Assembly (NCBI GenBank): GCA_002238905.1
Contig: MPNG01000002.1
Span: 46,786-110,785, forward strand
Source of the DNA: Alphaproteobacteria bacterium bin98
GTDB lineage: Bacteria > Pseudomonadota > Alphaproteobacteria > Bin98
Length of the DNA stretch: 64,000 bases
Direction: 5' to 3'
Shown here: positions 8,732-18,255 of the stretch, piece after piece
Layout: every line of letters starts with the position of its first letter
Position numbering within the stretch: the stretch's first letter is position 1
Translations under genes and position numbers: made by a program
Notes under the pieces: model-generated
The model's input: only the letters and a program-made list of their open reading frames with translations
What the model was told of the DNA's origin: nothing
Databases searched by the model: none

Positions 8732-11295
8732 AGTTTATACCTTTGATTTTGATAGCGTGTTTGACATGTTTGACGGGATTTAAGCATGCTCTTGGGCCAC
8801 GAGTGGTGGATCTTGGCTTTCAAAAAGAAGAAGACGGAACAGACCTATTTATTCTTGATTTAACGCAAAATGCGCGTTACGAAGTTATGATGCTGAATCC
8901 TAAAACCATGGTCATTACTTTTCAGGATGATGTACAGTGGATGGCAGATATGCGATGGGAGGCAGGTCCTCAAGAGGCAGGAACATTGCTGACTTCTTAT
9001 CGTGCTACGCCAGGAAAACGCAGAAAAAATCAATGGAAAATTGTTGTGAAGTTCCGCAAGAAAATAGATCTTATGCACCATAGCATTGAGAAAGATTTAG
9101 ATGAAACATATCAAGAGGAGGGTGGGCGTATCAGCCCTCTTTTCCGTATACGTATAGCGCTACAAGACTCTCAACGAGACGAAGGAGGGACTGGTGGTCG
9201 TATGGGCGGTATGTCGAAAATTAACAAAGGATTGGTGGTGCGTGATATTTTCGAGAAGGTGGATGATGATGGCGCGCGTATTATCCTTACTACCAGCGTT
9301 CCTATTGATTTTAACACCTCAATTGATGATTCGGGTAAAAAAATTATCATGGAAGGTCCGTCAGAGCTGGATTGGGCTATGTCTCCTGTGCCGGAGCGAA
9401 ATTACCACCTTCTTGCAGGCTATAAAATTTTAGAAAACCATAATGAGGGTCATGATGCGCTTCAGCTAATATTTAGAGTGCCTGTTGTGCTGGAGTCTGC
9501 ACAAGTAGTGGGTACAAGTTTTGTGACAACGGTGCGTGTTCCTGCGAGTATGGGAACCATGCTAACCCCTGAAGTCATACGAGAAATGCAGTATGAAGAT
9601 ATGCAAAATGATCGCGGTGGATCCATTAAAGAGGTTCGAGTGCATGAACTGACAGATGTAACGCATGTTGACTTTCACATGACTGATATTTATGAAGGCA
9701 GCGCCACAATGAATCATAACGGAGAGATTGTGGTGCGCATGCCGTTCACTGATTGGGATCGCGTTGACGTGGATGATTTTGTGCAAAAAGGGCTTTTTGT
9801 CAATTACTCTGTTATTAACAACAAACAAACAAATGCTAGCAAGGTTCTCCTGACGTTGCAAAAAGGCGCTCATCTTTTGAATGTGCAAAATATTGCCGAA
9901 GGCGGTAAATATAAAGTGCGTGTTTCTATTGTGCAAGATCCAAGTTATCAATCGCCCAAGTGGTTGGCAAACTATGGTGTTCGGGAACTTCCAATGGAAA
10001 ATGCCGAAAAGCTTGACCTGCAAACACAGTCTTTGGTTTATCAAGGTGGTGTGAGTGATCGAGTGTCTCTGGGAGAGCAACTCTCTATTGGTGTAGATGT
10101 GGGATACTCAATGGGTGAAGTGTTTTATGAAGGTGCTAAACTGCCAGCGTACTTAACCGATGAGCCAACTATTCGTGTGCGTGCTGGTATTCCTGTATAC
10201 TCTAACGAAGACATGAAGCTTGTTTTTGAAATTCTTGGAACCACAACAGGATCAGGCCTGCGTGATGTGACAGGCATATCGCAAGGGACACCTTTCTACT
10301 CCGAGAGAGACGAGTCAGTGGCGCCTGGCATCACGCTTGCGGGTGGCATAAAGGCTATGGTGCCTGTTGGAGTGGCGGCAGCTTTGTATGGTCGTGCCGC
10401 TTTTGGTACTGCTTGGTTTTTGCACTATTTAGCAGGCAGAGACGAATTGGTGAAGCCTTGCGATCCTGTACGTATGTATATGCTGGCGGTGGGTGTTGAG
10501 TCCGCGATATCCGATCGTTTCTCGGTTGGTGTAGATGTGGGTTATGACTGGGTTCCTGAGATTCTTCTGCCTACGAAAAAGAACGTGCGCTGGGAAGGTG
10601 TGAATGCTTCACTGTTCATGAACTTTATGACATCACCAATGTCTGGTCCTAGCGCAATATCTTCTCAAACCCACGTGAACACAGGGTTTTTCTTGGATGC
10701 TGGCATTCAAACAACATTGATAGATTTTAAAGCTACGCCTGACCAAGAGGATAAAGATCTTGATGCGCCGGATATATACCGAGACAGACGTGTAATGGTG
10801 GGGTGGAGGCTTGGTGCTGGGTACCTCTTTGTGAATAATCCCATTGCTTTATCTGCAGAAGTGGAGTGCTCTATGCGTGACACTATTCTGCAAAAACTTA
10901 TGGCAGAGAAGAACGATAAAAGTCGTATAGACGTTAAAATTGGTTGGGATGTTGGTATGCTGATCAAGCCAGGTTTGATGGTTAATCATGGTGTGCGTGC
11001 CTTTTTAGTGTTGGGTGGTTTGCGACGGTGGTGTGAGCAATATTCAGGTCTTAAGAGCGATGAATCAGAAGAAACACAGCGTGCACTTATCAAAGAAAGT
11101 AAGAGGGAGTATGCCTTGAACGGTGGTGTGTTCGGTGCTGGTTTTGATATTTTTGCAACCCCGAATGTTCACATAGGAATCTCTTATGCATATAATGTTT
11201 TTGCAGAGCATCGCTGGTCTGATAAAAGTAGCGGATTGTGGAGAGTTGCGCTTTCAGAAAATGTTTTGCGCATGCAGCTTGGTTATAACTTCTAG
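8728..11295 (+). CDS. large outer-membrane protein, family unknown: signal peptide, three AMIN-like N-terminal modules, C-terminal beta-barrel
   Basis: 855 aa. N-terminal MKFIPLILIACLTCLTGF signal. The C-terminal ~400 aa show alternating Gly/aromatic beta-strand patterns. The protein ends ...LRMQLGYNF, and a terminal Phe is the classic OMP signature. Confidence 0.5.
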   Translation: MKFIPLILIACLTCLTGFKHALGPRVVDLGFQKEEDGTDLFILDLTQNARYEVMMLNPKTMVITFQDDVQWMADMRWEAGPQEAGTLLTSYRATPGKRRKNQWKIVVKFRKKIDLMHHSIEKDLDETYQEEGGRISPLFRIRIALQDSQRDEGGTGGRMGGMSKINKGLVVRDIFEKVDDDGARIILTTSVPIDFNTSIDDSGKKIIMEGPSELDWAMSPVPERNYHLLAGYKILENHNEGHDALQLIFRVPVVLESAQVVGTSFVTTVRVPASMGTMLTPEVIREMQYEDMQNDRGGSIKEVRVHELTDVTHVDFHMTDIYEGSATMNHNGEIVVRMPFTDWDRVDVDDFVQKGLFVNYSVINNKQTNASKVLLTLQKGAHLLNVQNIAEGGKYKVRVSIVQDPSYQSPKWLANYGVRELPMENAEKLDLQTQSLVYQGGVSDRVSLGEQLSIGVDVGYSMGEVFYEGAKLPAYLTDEPTIRVRAGIPVYSNEDMKLVFEILGTTTGSGLRDVTGISQGTPFYSERDESVAPGITLAGGIKAMVPVGVAAALYGRAAFGTAWFLHYLAGRDELVKPCDPVRMYMLAVGVESAISDRFSVGVDVGYDWVPEILLPTKKNVRWEGVNASLFMNFMTSPMSGPSAISSQTHVNTGFFLDAGIQTTLIDFKATPDQEDKDLDAPDIYRDRRVMVGWRLGAGYLFVNNPIALSAEVECSMRDTILQKLMAEKNDKSRIDVKIGWDVGMLIKPGLMVNHGVRAFLVLGGLRRWCEQYSGLKSDESEETQRALIKESKREYALNGGVFGAGFDIFATPNVHIGISYAYNVFAEHRWSDKSSGLWRVALSENVLRMQLGYNF

Positions 11296-11348
11296 ACATA
11301 AAGCTTGAAACCTGCTATATTACCAATGGTTATTGTTGACCGTTTTAA

Positions 11349-12875
11349 GTGCAGAGGTATTGGATGTCCGAAGTAAAAGATTTTAAAGGGTGGAGGTCAA
11401 TTTTTTGGCCAGTTCACGCTTACGAAAATAAGAAAATATTGCCACTCGCAATTATGATGTTTGGTGTGCTTTTTAATTACACGATTTTGCGAGATTTAAA
11501 AGATAGTTTGGTTATTACTGCGCCTGGTTCTGGTGCAGAAGCAGTGAGTTTCTTGAAGTTATGGGGGACACTGCCATTTGCCATTTTGTTTATGGCTATT
11601 TATGGAAAGCTTGGCTTAATATTAAAGCGTCCCGCGTTGTTTTATATAACAATGAGTGTTTTCTTGGTTTTCTTTGCGCTTTTTAGTTATGTGTTGTTTC
11701 CATTGCGTGAATCCTTACACATGGACGTTGCCACTCTGCAAGCGATGCAAGAATCAAGCCCTCGTTTAAAATGGTTTTTGCCGTTGATTGCTAACTGGAC
11801 GTATTCTTTATTCTATGTTTTCTCAGAGCTCTTTGGAACGGTTGGTTTGTCAGTTTTGTTTTGGCAGTTTGCCAACGATATTACACGTGTGAGTGAAGCA
11901 AAACGTGTTTACCCAGTATTTGGATTGATCGGAAACTTTGGATTGATTGCATCAGGTGAATGTCTGAAGCAGCTTGTGCATGTTACCCGTCACCTTTCTG
12001 TTGAACAGCGTTGGGAAGCTAGCTTGCAATATATTATGGGCACTGTCATTGTGTTCTGTGTTGTGATTATGTACACCTACTCTTGGATGCAAAAAAATGT
12101 TTTGACAGATAAAAGGCTATACGATCCAAAAGATGTAGCGAGTGCCAAAAAGAAGAAGAAAGCTAAGCTTTCCTTTAAAGAAAGCATGAAAGTGGTCTTT
12201 TCTTCTAAATACTTGGGCTGCTTGAGCTTGATTATCTTAGGGTACGGTATGGGTATCAACATTGTTGAAGTGACATGGAAGAGCCAACTAAAAATGCTTT
12301 ATCCGGATCCGGGTGAGTACACCGCGTTTATGGGTCTGTTTTCACAAACAACAGGTGTCATTACGATCATTCTTATGATTGTTGGTGCTAATATTTTGCG
12401 ACGCACTACATGGAAAACAAGCGCTTTGATTACGCCAATTGTGTTTTTTATTACTGGTGTTTTGTTCTTCTCTTTTGTGGTTTTCTCAAAAGAATTGGCA
12501 GGACTTTCTATAATTATGATGCTTGGAGCATCACCTCTCTTGTTGGCGGTTGTGGTCGGTACAATACAGAATGTACTGACAAAGGGTGTGAAGTACTCAC
12601 TTTTTGACCCTACAAAAGAAATGGCTTACATTCCACTTTCGCCAGAAATGCGTGTGCAAGGTAAAGCCGCCGTTGATGGTGTAGGTGGACGTCTTGGAAA
12701 ATCTGGAGGAGGAGTTATTCAGCAAATCCTACTAGTTGCGATTCCAGGAAGTACACAGCTGACTATTGCTCCTTACTTGGCTGTCTTCACACTCTTGATT
12801 GCAGTGGGCTGGATTGCTGCTGTTCGCGGTTTGAGCGGAATGTTTGAGAAAGCAAGAAAAGAAAATACTGAATAA
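11349..12875 (+). CDS. tlc: ATP/ADP translocase (nucleotide transport protein, Tlc/Npt family)
   Basis: 508 aa, 12-TM. Strong resemblance to the rickettsial/chlamydial Tlc N-terminus (IFWPVHAYENKKILPLAIMMFGVLFNYTILRDLKDSLV ... LFWQFANDITRVSEAKRVYPVFGLIGN). ATG at 11364 is an alternative start. Confidence 0.9.
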   Translation: MQRYWMSEVKDFKGWRSIFWPVHAYENKKILPLAIMMFGVLFNYTILRDLKDSLVITAPGSGAEAVSFLKLWGTLPFAILFMAIYGKLGLILKRPALFYITMSVFLVFFALFSYVLFPLRESLHMDVATLQAMQESSPRLKWFLPLIANWTYSLFYVFSELFGTVGLSVLFWQFANDITRVSEAKRVYPVFGLIGNFGLIASGECLKQLVHVTRHLSVEQRWEASLQYIMGTVIVFCVVIMYTYSWMQKNVLTDKRLYDPKDVASAKKKKKAKLSFKESMKVVFSSKYLGCLSLIILGYGMGINIVEVTWKSQLKMLYPDPGEYTAFMGLFSQTTGVITIILMIVGANILRRTTWKTSALITPIVFFITGVLFFSFVVFSKELAGLSIIMMLGASPLLLAVVVGTIQNVLTKGVKYSLFDPTKEMAYIPLSPEMRVQGKAAVDGVGGRLGKSGGGVIQQILLVAIPGSTQLTIAPYLAVFTLLIAVGWIAAVRGLSGMFEKARKENTE

Positions 12876-12885
12876 TGTAAATAAC

Positions 12886-12916
12886 AAAAAGAGGCTCACA
12901 AGAGCCTCTTTTTTTT
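12886..12916 (+). terminator. rho-independent terminator downstream of tlc
   Basis: Stem gaggctc (12891..12897) pairs with gagcctc (12902..12908) around a 4-nt loop. It is followed by a T8 run (12909..12916). Confidence 0.6.
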
Positions 12917-12925
12917 GGAAGAAAA

Positions 12926-13498
12926 ATGGCAAATTTAACGTTTTATTATGCTGCAATGAATACAGGAAAATCTGCAAGCCTTTTGCAATACGCTCACGGA
13001 TTTCGTGAAAATAACCAAAAGGTTATGCTGTTTACTACGCGCTTAGATAATCGTTTTGGAAAGAAAAAAATCATTTCACGCATTGGCTTAGAAAAAGAAG
13101 CAGTCTGTTACGGAGATGATTTTAATTTTAAAACATACATGGAAGATCACCGAGATGCTAAAGGGGTGTTCGTAGATGAAGCGCAATTTTTAACGAAAGA
13201 GCATGTTGAGCAACTAGCACACATTGTAGATATTTTTGATATTGATGTTTATTGCTATGGACTACGCTCAGATTTTCAAGGCGAGCCTTTTTCTGGATCG
13301 TTACATCTTCTTGTATGGGCTGATAGATTGCTAGAGATTCCAGGTGTGTGTTTTTGCGGAGATCCGTGCTCGATGCATTTGCGCGTTATAGGCGAAAAAG
13401 TTACTAAAGAAGGCCCTCAAATCTTAATAGGCGGCAGCGAGCGTCACCACTCTGTATGCCGTAAACACTTCTTTTTAGAAGAAATAACGACAGAATAA
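12926..13498 (+). CDS. tdk: thymidine kinase
   Basis: 190 aa. P-loop YAAMNTGKSASLL, FVDEAQFL, and a C-terminal Zn-ribbon-like CFCG ... HHSVCRKH. Confidence 0.85.
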   Translation: MANLTFYYAAMNTGKSASLLQYAHGFRENNQKVMLFTTRLDNRFGKKKIISRIGLEKEAVCYGDDFNFKTYMEDHRDAKGVFVDEAQFLTKEHVEQLAHIVDIFDIDVYCYGLRSDFQGEPFSGSLHLLVWADRLLEIPGVCFCGDPCSMHLRVIGEKVTKEGPQILIGGSERHHSVCRKHFFLEEITTE

Positions 13499-13499
13499 G

Positions 13500-14729
13500 C
13501 TAAAGTATCTCAGCGTTATTTACATAAGGGCGTAATACTGTGGGAACGGTAATGCGCCCTTCCTTTGTTTGATAGTTTTCAATAATAGCGGCCAGAGTAC
13601 GTCCTACGGCCAATCCCGATCCGTTTAGTGTCGTAACAGGTATTTTGACATCACCTACGCGATATCGTGCTTTCATGCGTTGCGCCTGAAACGTTCCGCA
13701 AAGAGAACAACTTGAAACTTCGCAATAGGCATTTTGGCTTGGCATCCATACTTCAAGGTCATACGTCTTCATAGCTGAAAATCCTATGTCTCCTGCGCAA
13801 AGAAGGATCTTTTTAAAAGGCAAATCCAAACTTTTTAAAATAGATTCAGCGTTGTTTGTTAAAATTTCTAGCTCTTGAGATCCGTGCCCTTCTTGTGTGA
13901 TATGCACAAGCTCAATTTTTGTAAATTGATGCTGGCGAATGAGGCCTTTTGTTTGTCTTCCCGCTGCACCAGCTTCTTTCCGAAAACAGCTGGTTATAGC
14001 CATAAGACGCAAAGGAAGATCCTCTGCTTTTATTATGCTTTGCGCTACCAATGAGGTTAGCGTGACTTCTGCCGTAGGAATAAGCCAGTGATCCGTTTGT
14101 GTATAGAACAAATCATCTCGAAACTTAGGAAGCTGTCCTGTGTTATGAAGGGCTTGTTCTTTCACTAAAAAAGGAGTCGAGATTAGCTCGTAACCGTTCG
14201 CTAGCTGTTTGTCAATCATGAAGCGCTCTAACGCATTCTGTAGCAGCGCAATGGGTCCGCGCAACACAGAAAATCGCGTCCCTGATAAAGCGGCACCCGC
14301 AGCGTCATCAAGACCAAGGTGCTGAAACTCGCTGTGGTGTTTAGGTTTAAAATCAAAAGAAGGTATACTGCCATGACGGCAAACTTCTAGATTATCTTCT
14401 TCGCTTGTGCCATCAGGGGTGTCCGAGTGTAAAAGATTAGGCGTGTGGAGTAAAGCATTTTTTAGCCTCTGAGAGCTTTCTTGCGTGATGTGCTCCTGCT
14501 TTGTTATTTGATTTTTAAGATCAGAAGCTTTACGTTTCTTGTCTTCCAAAGATTCCCCTGATTGTGCAATAGCTTTTTTTGTGCGATAAAGATTGTCCAA
14601 AGCTTGTGTGTTATTGCGTTGTTCAAGATCATATGCAAGAAGTGTCTGCGCAGTTATATCCTCGCGCCGCTTCTTCATCATTGTATCAAAGTCTTCTGAG
14701 TGACTCCTTAGCCATTTTATACAAATCAT
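13500..14729 (-). CDS. serS: seryl-tRNA synthetase
   Basis: 409 aa. N-terminal coiled-coil arm. Class II motifs (FRKEAGAAGRQTKGLIRQHQF, LNGSGLAVGRTLAAIIENYQ). Converges on tdk with 1 nt between the ORFs. Confidence 0.9.
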   Translation of the reverse strand: MICIKWLRSHSEDFDTMMKKRREDITAQTLLAYDLEQRNNTQALDNLYRTKKAIAQSGESLEDKKRKASDLKNQITKQEHITQESSQRLKNALLHTPNLLHSDTPDGTSEEDNLEVCRHGSIPSFDFKPKHHSEFQHLGLDDAAGAALSGTRFSVLRGPIALLQNALERFMIDKQLANGYELISTPFLVKEQALHNTGQLPKFRDDLFYTQTDHWLIPTAEVTLTSLVAQSIIKAEDLPLRLMAITSCFRKEAGAAGRQTKGLIRQHQFTKIELVHITQEGHGSQELEILTNNAESILKSLDLPFKKILLCAGDIGFSAMKTYDLEVWMPSQNAYCEVSSCSLCGTFQAQRMKARYRVGDVKIPVTTLNGSGLAVGRTLAAIIENYQTKEGRITVPTVLRPYVNNAEIL

Positions 14730-14808
14730 ATATTTACCAAATAAAGAATATCATGGTCTTGCAGAGAAAAAAGTAATTTTTCATGTTATTGTGTTATAGG
14801 GAAGATAA

Positions 14809-15258
14809 ATGCGTCATATTATAGAAACGATTGTAGGAATAATAGTGGTAGCATCAGCGGTTTTTTTGTTATCTTATGCGTACAGTGAGCATGGACACAG
14901 CGAAAAAGGCTATACGTTGATTGCTAATGTGTCTGAAGCTTCAGGACTATCGGCAGGTGCCGATGTCTGCGTGAGTGGTGTAAAAGTGGGAAGCGTTGAA
15001 GCTATTAAGCTGAATCACGATACCTATCGTGCATGTCTTGTGTTGAGAATTGCTGATGAGGTGCGCTTATCCTCGGATACCAACTTGTCAGTAGAAAGCC
15101 GCTCTTTGTTGGGAGGTAAATATGTTTCCTTGACTCCAGGATATGAGGACGATGTGTTGCCAAATGGTGGGCAAATTATGTTTACAACAGGAGCGGTCAG
15201 TTTTGAAAAACTTCTTATGGGAGCATTCTTAAAATCTAATGAACCAAAGGTTGCGTAA
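14809..15258 (+). CDS. mlaD: MlaD-like MCE-domain protein (outer-membrane lipid asymmetry system)
   Basis: 149 aa. N-terminal TM anchor, then an MCE domain pattern (GLSAGADVCVSGVKVGSVEAI ... LLGGKYVSLTPG). Confidence 0.7.
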   Translation: MRHIIETIVGIIVVASAVFLLSYAYSEHGHSEKGYTLIANVSEASGLSAGADVCVSGVKVGSVEAIKLNHDTYRACLVLRIADEVRLSSDTNLSVESRSLLGGKYVSLTPGYEDDVLPNGGQIMFTTGAVSFEKLLMGAFLKSNEPKVA

Positions 15259-15622
15259 TTTTTATATCTTGATCTTTGTGTGCACAGCGCTGCAGTGTGA
15301 ACCAGTAAAGTTTGTTTCTCTGGCTGTTTTAGATAAAGTGACAACTAAAGCGTGGGTTGTAAACACATCGGTAAAGGCTTCTATAGATGTGCGGCGCTTG
15401 CAGATCAAAGTGCATGAGTGTGAGGCTCCACCTGCATCTTCTTTTTACCCTGATCAGGAAAGGTGCTTTGTGGAAGTTGTGGATAAGGGGATAGTAGAGG
15501 ACGGAGAACCCTCAGTTATTTTTAGTCAATGGATGTTTGTTAATTATCCTTTTATAGCGGCACTTGATCATCCCAGATATGATGTTTGGTTGATTGGCTG
15601 CTCACAAAATAAAAAAGGATAA
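15239..15622 (+). CDS. DUF2155-like exported protein
   Basis: 127 aa. Pattern LDKVTTK ... CFVEV ... SQWMF ... HPRYDVWLIGC resembles DUF2155 proteins found in alphaproteobacteria. Recalled from memory, not searched. Confidence 0.4.
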   Translation: MNQRLRNFYILIFVCTALQCEPVKFVSLAVLDKVTTKAWVVNTSVKASIDVRRLQIKVHECEAPPASSFYPDQERCFVEVVDKGIVEDGEPSVIFSQWMFVNYPFIAALDHPRYDVWLIGCSQNKKG

Positions 15623-15720
15623 AGTATAATCAATTGCTAAGGTCAATTTTAATGCATCAGGTATTTAGGGCCTGTTGTAAAGATATAGGTTAATAAAAAA
15701 GGAATAACTATGGCTGTCAT

Positions 15721-16998
15721 ATGGTAGGTGTAAAATCAGGATCTTGTGTGCTTTGGGGTGCTGGGGTTTTTTTTCTTATGTCGCATGGAGTTGTGCGTAC
15801 ATTGCTGAATGCTCTTGCTCTTCCTATCCGAGCAGACCTTCATTTGTCTCCCGCGGAATTTGGCTTAATAGCAAGCGCTTTTTATGTGGGATATAGTTTG
15901 ATACAGTTCTGTTCTGGCGCTTTGATGGATCATATAGGACCTTTGAAAGTGTTTCTTGTTTCGGTTCCTCTGCACGCTATCATGAGCCTGTTTTTTGTAT
16001 ATGTAGGTTTTTGGGATTCGGCACTTTTCTATTTGGTGATATGCCGCGGTTTTTCGGGATTTACAGGCGCCACCGCTTTTATCGGAGTGACCAAATTAAC
16101 TGGTGCGCAAATTCCTCAAGAAAAATTTAGACCATACTATTCTTTTGCGTATATATTATTTATGTGTATGCGACCACTCACACTTTTCTTGGTGATGGTC
16201 TTTCAAGACCAGATCTCTTGGAAGGAATTTTTTCTTCTGTCTACCTTGCTTGACTTGTGTGTATGGATTGTTATGTTCTCGTTTCGTAAACACTCTATGA
16301 ACCATTATCAGCCTTTTTCCTGGAGGTTTTTGAACCTTTCTACTTTCAGAAAGAGTATGCGTTCAGAGATTATTTTTGTGAGTTTGGGGACTGCGGCTTT
16401 GCTATCACCGCTTTACGTCTTTTCAGATAATTGGGGGGTGTCTTTCTTCTTTGAAGGATGCGGTATGTATAGAAACGATGCTGCGAATGTTTCTATCTTG
16501 TTATCTGTGACAAGTTTCTTGAGTGCATGTATTGAACCACAATTTGCTCATGTAGATTTTACCAAAAAGGCTTTATTTGCAGCAATTGTTTCGTTTCTTG
16601 GAATTGCAGGGTGTACAATGCTTTCCACACAACCACACTATTACATTGTGCTAATGGCTGTCCTCATTGGCTCCAGTGGTGTGTTGCTGGTATCTCTGAT
16701 TTGCGCTATTGTTGCCCTTGCACCGAAAGGGCGTGAAGGCGTTTGTATGAGTGTTTCTTGTATGGTTATGATGATAACTGTTGCTTTATACATTTTTCTT
16801 TATGGATGGATTATTGGTGCACAAACGTTTGGATCCGAAGTGAAAGTGATTGCTAGCCACCAGTATATTTACTCCAATATGTTCCTGATGATGTTAGTTG
16901 TTTGTGGTATAATGCTGCTTATTTTTGCAGAAAAGCGCTATAAGATAAACGCAAAAATAAATATCAAAAATAGACATGCTTCCGGATCCTTGCCATAA
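15721..16998 (+). CDS. MFS transporter (tandem paralog 1)
   Basis: 425 aa, about 12 TM. The N-terminal half aligns by eye with the next gene (SPAEFGLIASAFYVGYSLIQFCSGALMDHIGP versus AQDFGMIAASYYVGYASLQSVLGMLVDTVGP). Confidence 0.7.
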   Translation: MVGVKSGSCVLWGAGVFFLMSHGVVRTLLNALALPIRADLHLSPAEFGLIASAFYVGYSLIQFCSGALMDHIGPLKVFLVSVPLHAIMSLFFVYVGFWDSALFYLVICRGFSGFTGATAFIGVTKLTGAQIPQEKFRPYYSFAYILFMCMRPLTLFLVMVFQDQISWKEFFLLSTLLDLCVWIVMFSFRKHSMNHYQPFSWRFLNLSTFRKSMRSEIIFVSLGTAALLSPLYVFSDNWGVSFFFEGCGMYRNDAANVSILLSVTSFLSACIEPQFAHVDFTKKALFAAIVSFLGIAGCTMLSTQPHYYIVLMAVLIGSSGVLLVSLICAIVALAPKGREGVCMSVSCMVMMITVALYIFLYGWIIGAQTFGSEVKVIASHQYIYSNMFLMMLVVCGIMLLIFAEKRYKINAKINIKNRHASGSLP

Positions 16999-17004
16999 TA
17001 AGCT

Positions 17005-18255
17005 ATGCAAAAATCAGTTTGCTTTCGCTCTTATGTTTTGTGGTATGTGGCAGTTCTATTTTTAATAGACCAATACCTCATGCGCACTGTTATGAATGGT
17101 TTATCGTTTTCTGTAATGAAACATTTTAACATACACGCGCAAGATTTTGGCATGATTGCGGCTTCTTATTATGTAGGATATGCTTCCCTCCAAAGTGTTC
17201 TTGGTATGCTGGTGGATACGGTGGGTCCCATTCGTGTTTTGATGGCTGGTGTTTTTTGCCACCTTGTTTTTTGTTATTTGTTTACCTGTAGCGCAGGGGT
17301 AGAATATTTTGGTGTTTCATACTTAGTTGTGTGCAGATTTTTTATAGGTGTTGGCTCTTCTACAGCGCTCTTGTCTCTTACAAAACTCACAAAAACACAA
17401 ATGGATATTAAGAAATTTTCCCGTTACTATAGTCTAGCGTTTGTCACATCTGTCTGCGGAGGTTTGGTCGGAATTTATGGTGTAGCTTCTTTTCTGGAAA
17501 ACAACGAATGGCAGGAAGTTTTTAGATATGCTTCCTATGCGGGTTGTTTGATTTTTTGTGGTTTGTTTTTTCTGCGTGGGTTTGATAAAGGAGTTATTCG
17601 CAAATTCTCATGGAGCGGCGTGCACCCCAAAAGATTTGTTCAGTATATTGATACTCAGGTTCTGTCTATAGGTTGGGCCACAGCTTTGATCTCAACACCC
17701 ATCTATATTATGGGTGATACATGGGGAGTGTTGTTTTTGCAGCATTCTTGCAATTTGTCTTATAAAGATGCGGCGTTTGTGGGTGGCATGTTTTGGTTGG
17801 GTTTTTTATTAGGTGGGCTGATAGAGCGCCTTGTGAGCCAAAGAATTGGGTTGATGGAAACTATGGCTGTTAACGCACTTTTGATGGTGGGGTCTTTCCT
17901 CATTTTGCTCTTTTTCTCAGAAGGATTTCACTATTATGTTTATATAGTGCTCCTTGTGTTTATGGGTATGGGTGCGTCTTTTCAAATCACGGCACTTCGC
18001 TCTGTGAGTTTATTATTTTCTTATGAAAAAATAGGCGCGCATACCGCTATACTGAACGCTATGGTGATGATCCTGGGATTTATTGCTGTAATTTTGGTGG
18101 GCTTTATTTTGAGTGCCTTTGGTCCTGTTATGGAAGGTTTGGTTTATAGCAAGGAGGCGTATCAGTGTGCTTTTGCACCCGCTATTATATCTTTGTTTTG
18201 TGGTGTGGCAATTGTGCTATCTATGGCGCGTAAATATGAATATTCTAGGCATTGA
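17005..18255 (+). CDS. MFS transporter (tandem paralog 2)
   Basis: 416 aa, about 12 TM. Paralogous to 15721..16998. Confidence 0.7.
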   Translation: MQKSVCFRSYVLWYVAVLFLIDQYLMRTVMNGLSFSVMKHFNIHAQDFGMIAASYYVGYASLQSVLGMLVDTVGPIRVLMAGVFCHLVFCYLFTCSAGVEYFGVSYLVVCRFFIGVGSSTALLSLTKLTKTQMDIKKFSRYYSLAFVTSVCGGLVGIYGVASFLENNEWQEVFRYASYAGCLIFCGLFFLRGFDKGVIRKFSWSGVHPKRFVQYIDTQVLSIGWATALISTPIYIMGDTWGVLFLQHSCNLSYKDAAFVGGMFWLGFLLGGLIERLVSQRIGLMETMAVNALLMVGSFLILLFFSEGFHYYVYIVLLVFMGMGASFQITALRSVSLLFSYEKIGAHTAILNAMVMILGFIAVILVGFILSAFGPVMEGLVYSKEAYQCAFAPAIISLFCGVAIVLSMARKYEYSRH

